Positions 63,331 to 64,000 of a DNA stretch of 64,000 nt are shown one piece after another. Location: positions 1,612-65,611 of IMG/VR virus record IMGVR_UViG_3300037171_000150; one strand, given 5' to 3'. A model generated the notes under the pieces. It saw nothing but the letters and a program-made list of their open reading frames with translations, was not told where the DNA came from and searched no databases. The position numbers and the translations under genes are program-made. Each line of letters opens with the position of its first letter. The stretch's first letter is position 1. The DNA comes from a virus (Duplodnaviria; Caudoviricetes).

Positions 63331-63844
63331 TGGCGATCCTTTCATGTTCAATTCGGTGGCAATTCGGGCAGAGAATAATGCCGTTGGCTATCGTATGCAG
63401 TCCGTTCTTCGATTTTGCTACGCGATGGTGCGCGTCACATCTCGCTTTATCCCAACCACATCTCTCACACTTATTGCCGTAGTGACGAAGGACAGCGATA
63501 GACCATCCATGTCGAGTTTTGTAGCAATGATCCCCGTTGGAGATAGAGTAGCTTTTTCCTTCGTTCCACGCTCCATCCTGCTTCTTTTTTCCTTGAGCAA
63601 CAGACCTATTCATACAACCGCACGAGCGTACAGGGGTAGATCGGGTGAGACTGTTCGAGGAAACAACTTTAACATTTCCACAAGTGCAGTCGCAAAGCCA
63701 TTGGGCATGACCATCTTTCCCTCTACCTGCAAACCCGCGCACAGTGAGACGTTCTGTTTTTAGGTTGGTAAGGTCACAAAGATTGCCAGAGACAGGGACC
63801 AACTCCGCGCCGCCCAGGCCAGAGCATACCGACAGGAAGCGCAT
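63320..63844 (-). CDS. HNH homing endonuclease
   Basis: 'WLCDCTCGN...SCGC' N-domain; 'CERCG...AHH...NGIILCPNCH' HNH. Confidence 0.9.
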   Translation of the reverse strand: MRFLSVCSGLGGAELVPVSGNLCDLTNLKTERLTVRGFAGRGKDGHAQWLCDCTCGNVKVVSSNSLTRSTPVRSCGCMNRSVAQGKKKQDGAWNEGKSYSISNGDHCYKTRHGWSIAVLRHYGNKCERCGWDKARCDAHHRVAKSKNGLHTIANGIILCPNCHRIEHERIANAD

Positions 63845-64000
63845 CACTCCACCGCCACTTTCTGCGCCAATGCAGAATCCACTTTTCCACGCCGATGCAG
63901 AACGAAACTCAGCAGATCGATGCAAATTTCTCGAAGCGTTTTTCCACTCTCTGCCGCCTCCACTTTCAAAGCCCTTTGCAACTCGTCAGGCACGTTTCGG
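63844..64000 (-). CDS. Partial ribbon-helix-helix protein (start outside window)
   Basis: Hand translation RNVPDELQRALKVEAAESGKTLREI...; TGA overlaps the HNH ATG. Confidence 0.7.
   Translation of the reverse strand, partial: RNVPDELQRALKVEAAESGKTLREICIDLLSFVLHRRGKVDSALAQKVAVE

Noticed and set aside
63320-63844. HNH as an intron ORF splitting the methyltransferase
   Set aside because: The downstream MTase has its own RBS, ATG and motif I, and there is no room for an intron core
1-64000. CRISPR array, diversity-generating retroelement, tape measure or sheath gene, lysis cassette
   Set aside because: No regularly spaced repeats, reverse transcriptase, long-tail genes or recognisable endolysin were seen; lysis genes may lie outside the window

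Overview
This 64-kb window is a contiguous part of a temperate, podovirus-like dsDNA phage genome with no host housekeeping genes, and almost all genes lie on the - strand. The host is probably Acidobacteriota, inferred from the style of DnaB, the integrase, an RKRGP-tailed receiver domain and an 'SPEARQRIADAQKKRWA' protein. Early/replication region (1-20.5 kb): tyrosine integrase, acyl carrier protein, DnaB, a NAMPT-like + PRPS-like pair (NARP1-type NAD+ reconstitution) with a short radical SAM gene, KTSC and cold-shock proteins, a TrpF-like TIM barrel, an exonuclease and RecT. Virion region (20.6-56.7 kb): a 3293-aa polyvalent ejected protein (ParB-like, zincin, Strawberry-notch-type helicase), other ejection proteins, a GIY-YIG homing endonuclease, a GNAT, a tail nozzle, three adaptor paralogues, major capsid, scaffold, portal and terminase. 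Accessory region (56.8-64 kb): a truncated DUF1376 initiator with iteron-like repeats, a PAPS-reductase-family gene, RusA, a phospho-dead receiver, a C5 methyltransferase with a nested out-of-frame gene, and an HNH carrying a copy of the methyltransferase N-terminus. The most notable non-obvious signals are the extended NAD/cofactor cluster, the dual-coded methyltransferase with its HNH 'decoy', a 9-bp CGCTTGCAA element at many sigma70-like and often leaderless promoters, several structured intergenic RNAs, and unannotated protamine-like peptides. All product calls come from motif recognition by eye; no database searches were run.
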